A stretch of DNA of 63,557 bases, counting the filler, from Octopus bimaculoides (taxonomy: Eukaryota): the NCBI RefSeq assembly GCF_001194135.2. It is 7 parts of 6 records of this genome, joined end to end, with 100 filler letters (N's around TTAATTAATTAA, not from the genome) between each part and the next. Parts side by side here need not be neighbours in the genome. Positions count along the whole stretch, not along the records: positions 62,458 to 63,557 come from NC_068986.1; 6 more parts are not named here. One strand, written 5' to 3'. Each line of letters opens with the position of its first letter. The first letter of the stretch is position 1. Shown piece after piece: positions 63,501-63,557 of the stretch. Below the pieces are notes generated by a model. The model had not been told where the DNA came from, did no database searches, and saw only the letters and a program-made list of their open reading frames with translations. The translations under genes and the position numbers were made by a program.

Positions 63501-63557
<57 letters not shown>
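63308..63557 (-). mobile_element. Family E hammerhead-SINE (core CUGUUGA) with expanded (AAT)n; head beyond the window
   Basis: Hammerhead fold at 63348-63393; body matches 55284-55440. Confidence 0.78.

Overview
Repeat-dense animal genomic DNA, most likely an octopus. This is inferred from the repeat content, the microsatellite load and the N44-TTAATTAATTAA-N44 gap spacers. It contains many assembly gaps. One host gene is recognisable on the + strand: the first two coding exons (20094-20136 and 29986-30185) splice in frame to MNFACEICNIGFTSEGALKAHKTSEKH...SVHVTGFSRNVGKDALYNYFMQFGKV, a C2H2 zinc finger followed by an RRM, which matches the N-terminus of TUT1/Star-PAP. Later exons were not found. 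The rest is transposon debris: a head-to-tail trio of L1/Tx1-type LINEs, Penelope-like elements (PLEs), RTE, R4/Dong and Helitron fragments, Tc1, maT and mariner elements, hAT, piggyBac and pogo MITEs, and at least four tRNA-derived SINE families. The most interesting unexplained structure is as follows. (1) A tRNA-headed SINE carries a minimal type I hammerhead ribozyme fold (3 copies), and three more hammerhead-like motifs lie in other repeats, all six on the minus strand. (2) A GGGATC-ended MITE family has 6-bp target duplications and internal TTAGGG repeats. (3) There are several long hairpins. (4) A 110-bp templated inverted insertion splits a LINE endonuclease motif. All calls were made by eye, with no database searches.
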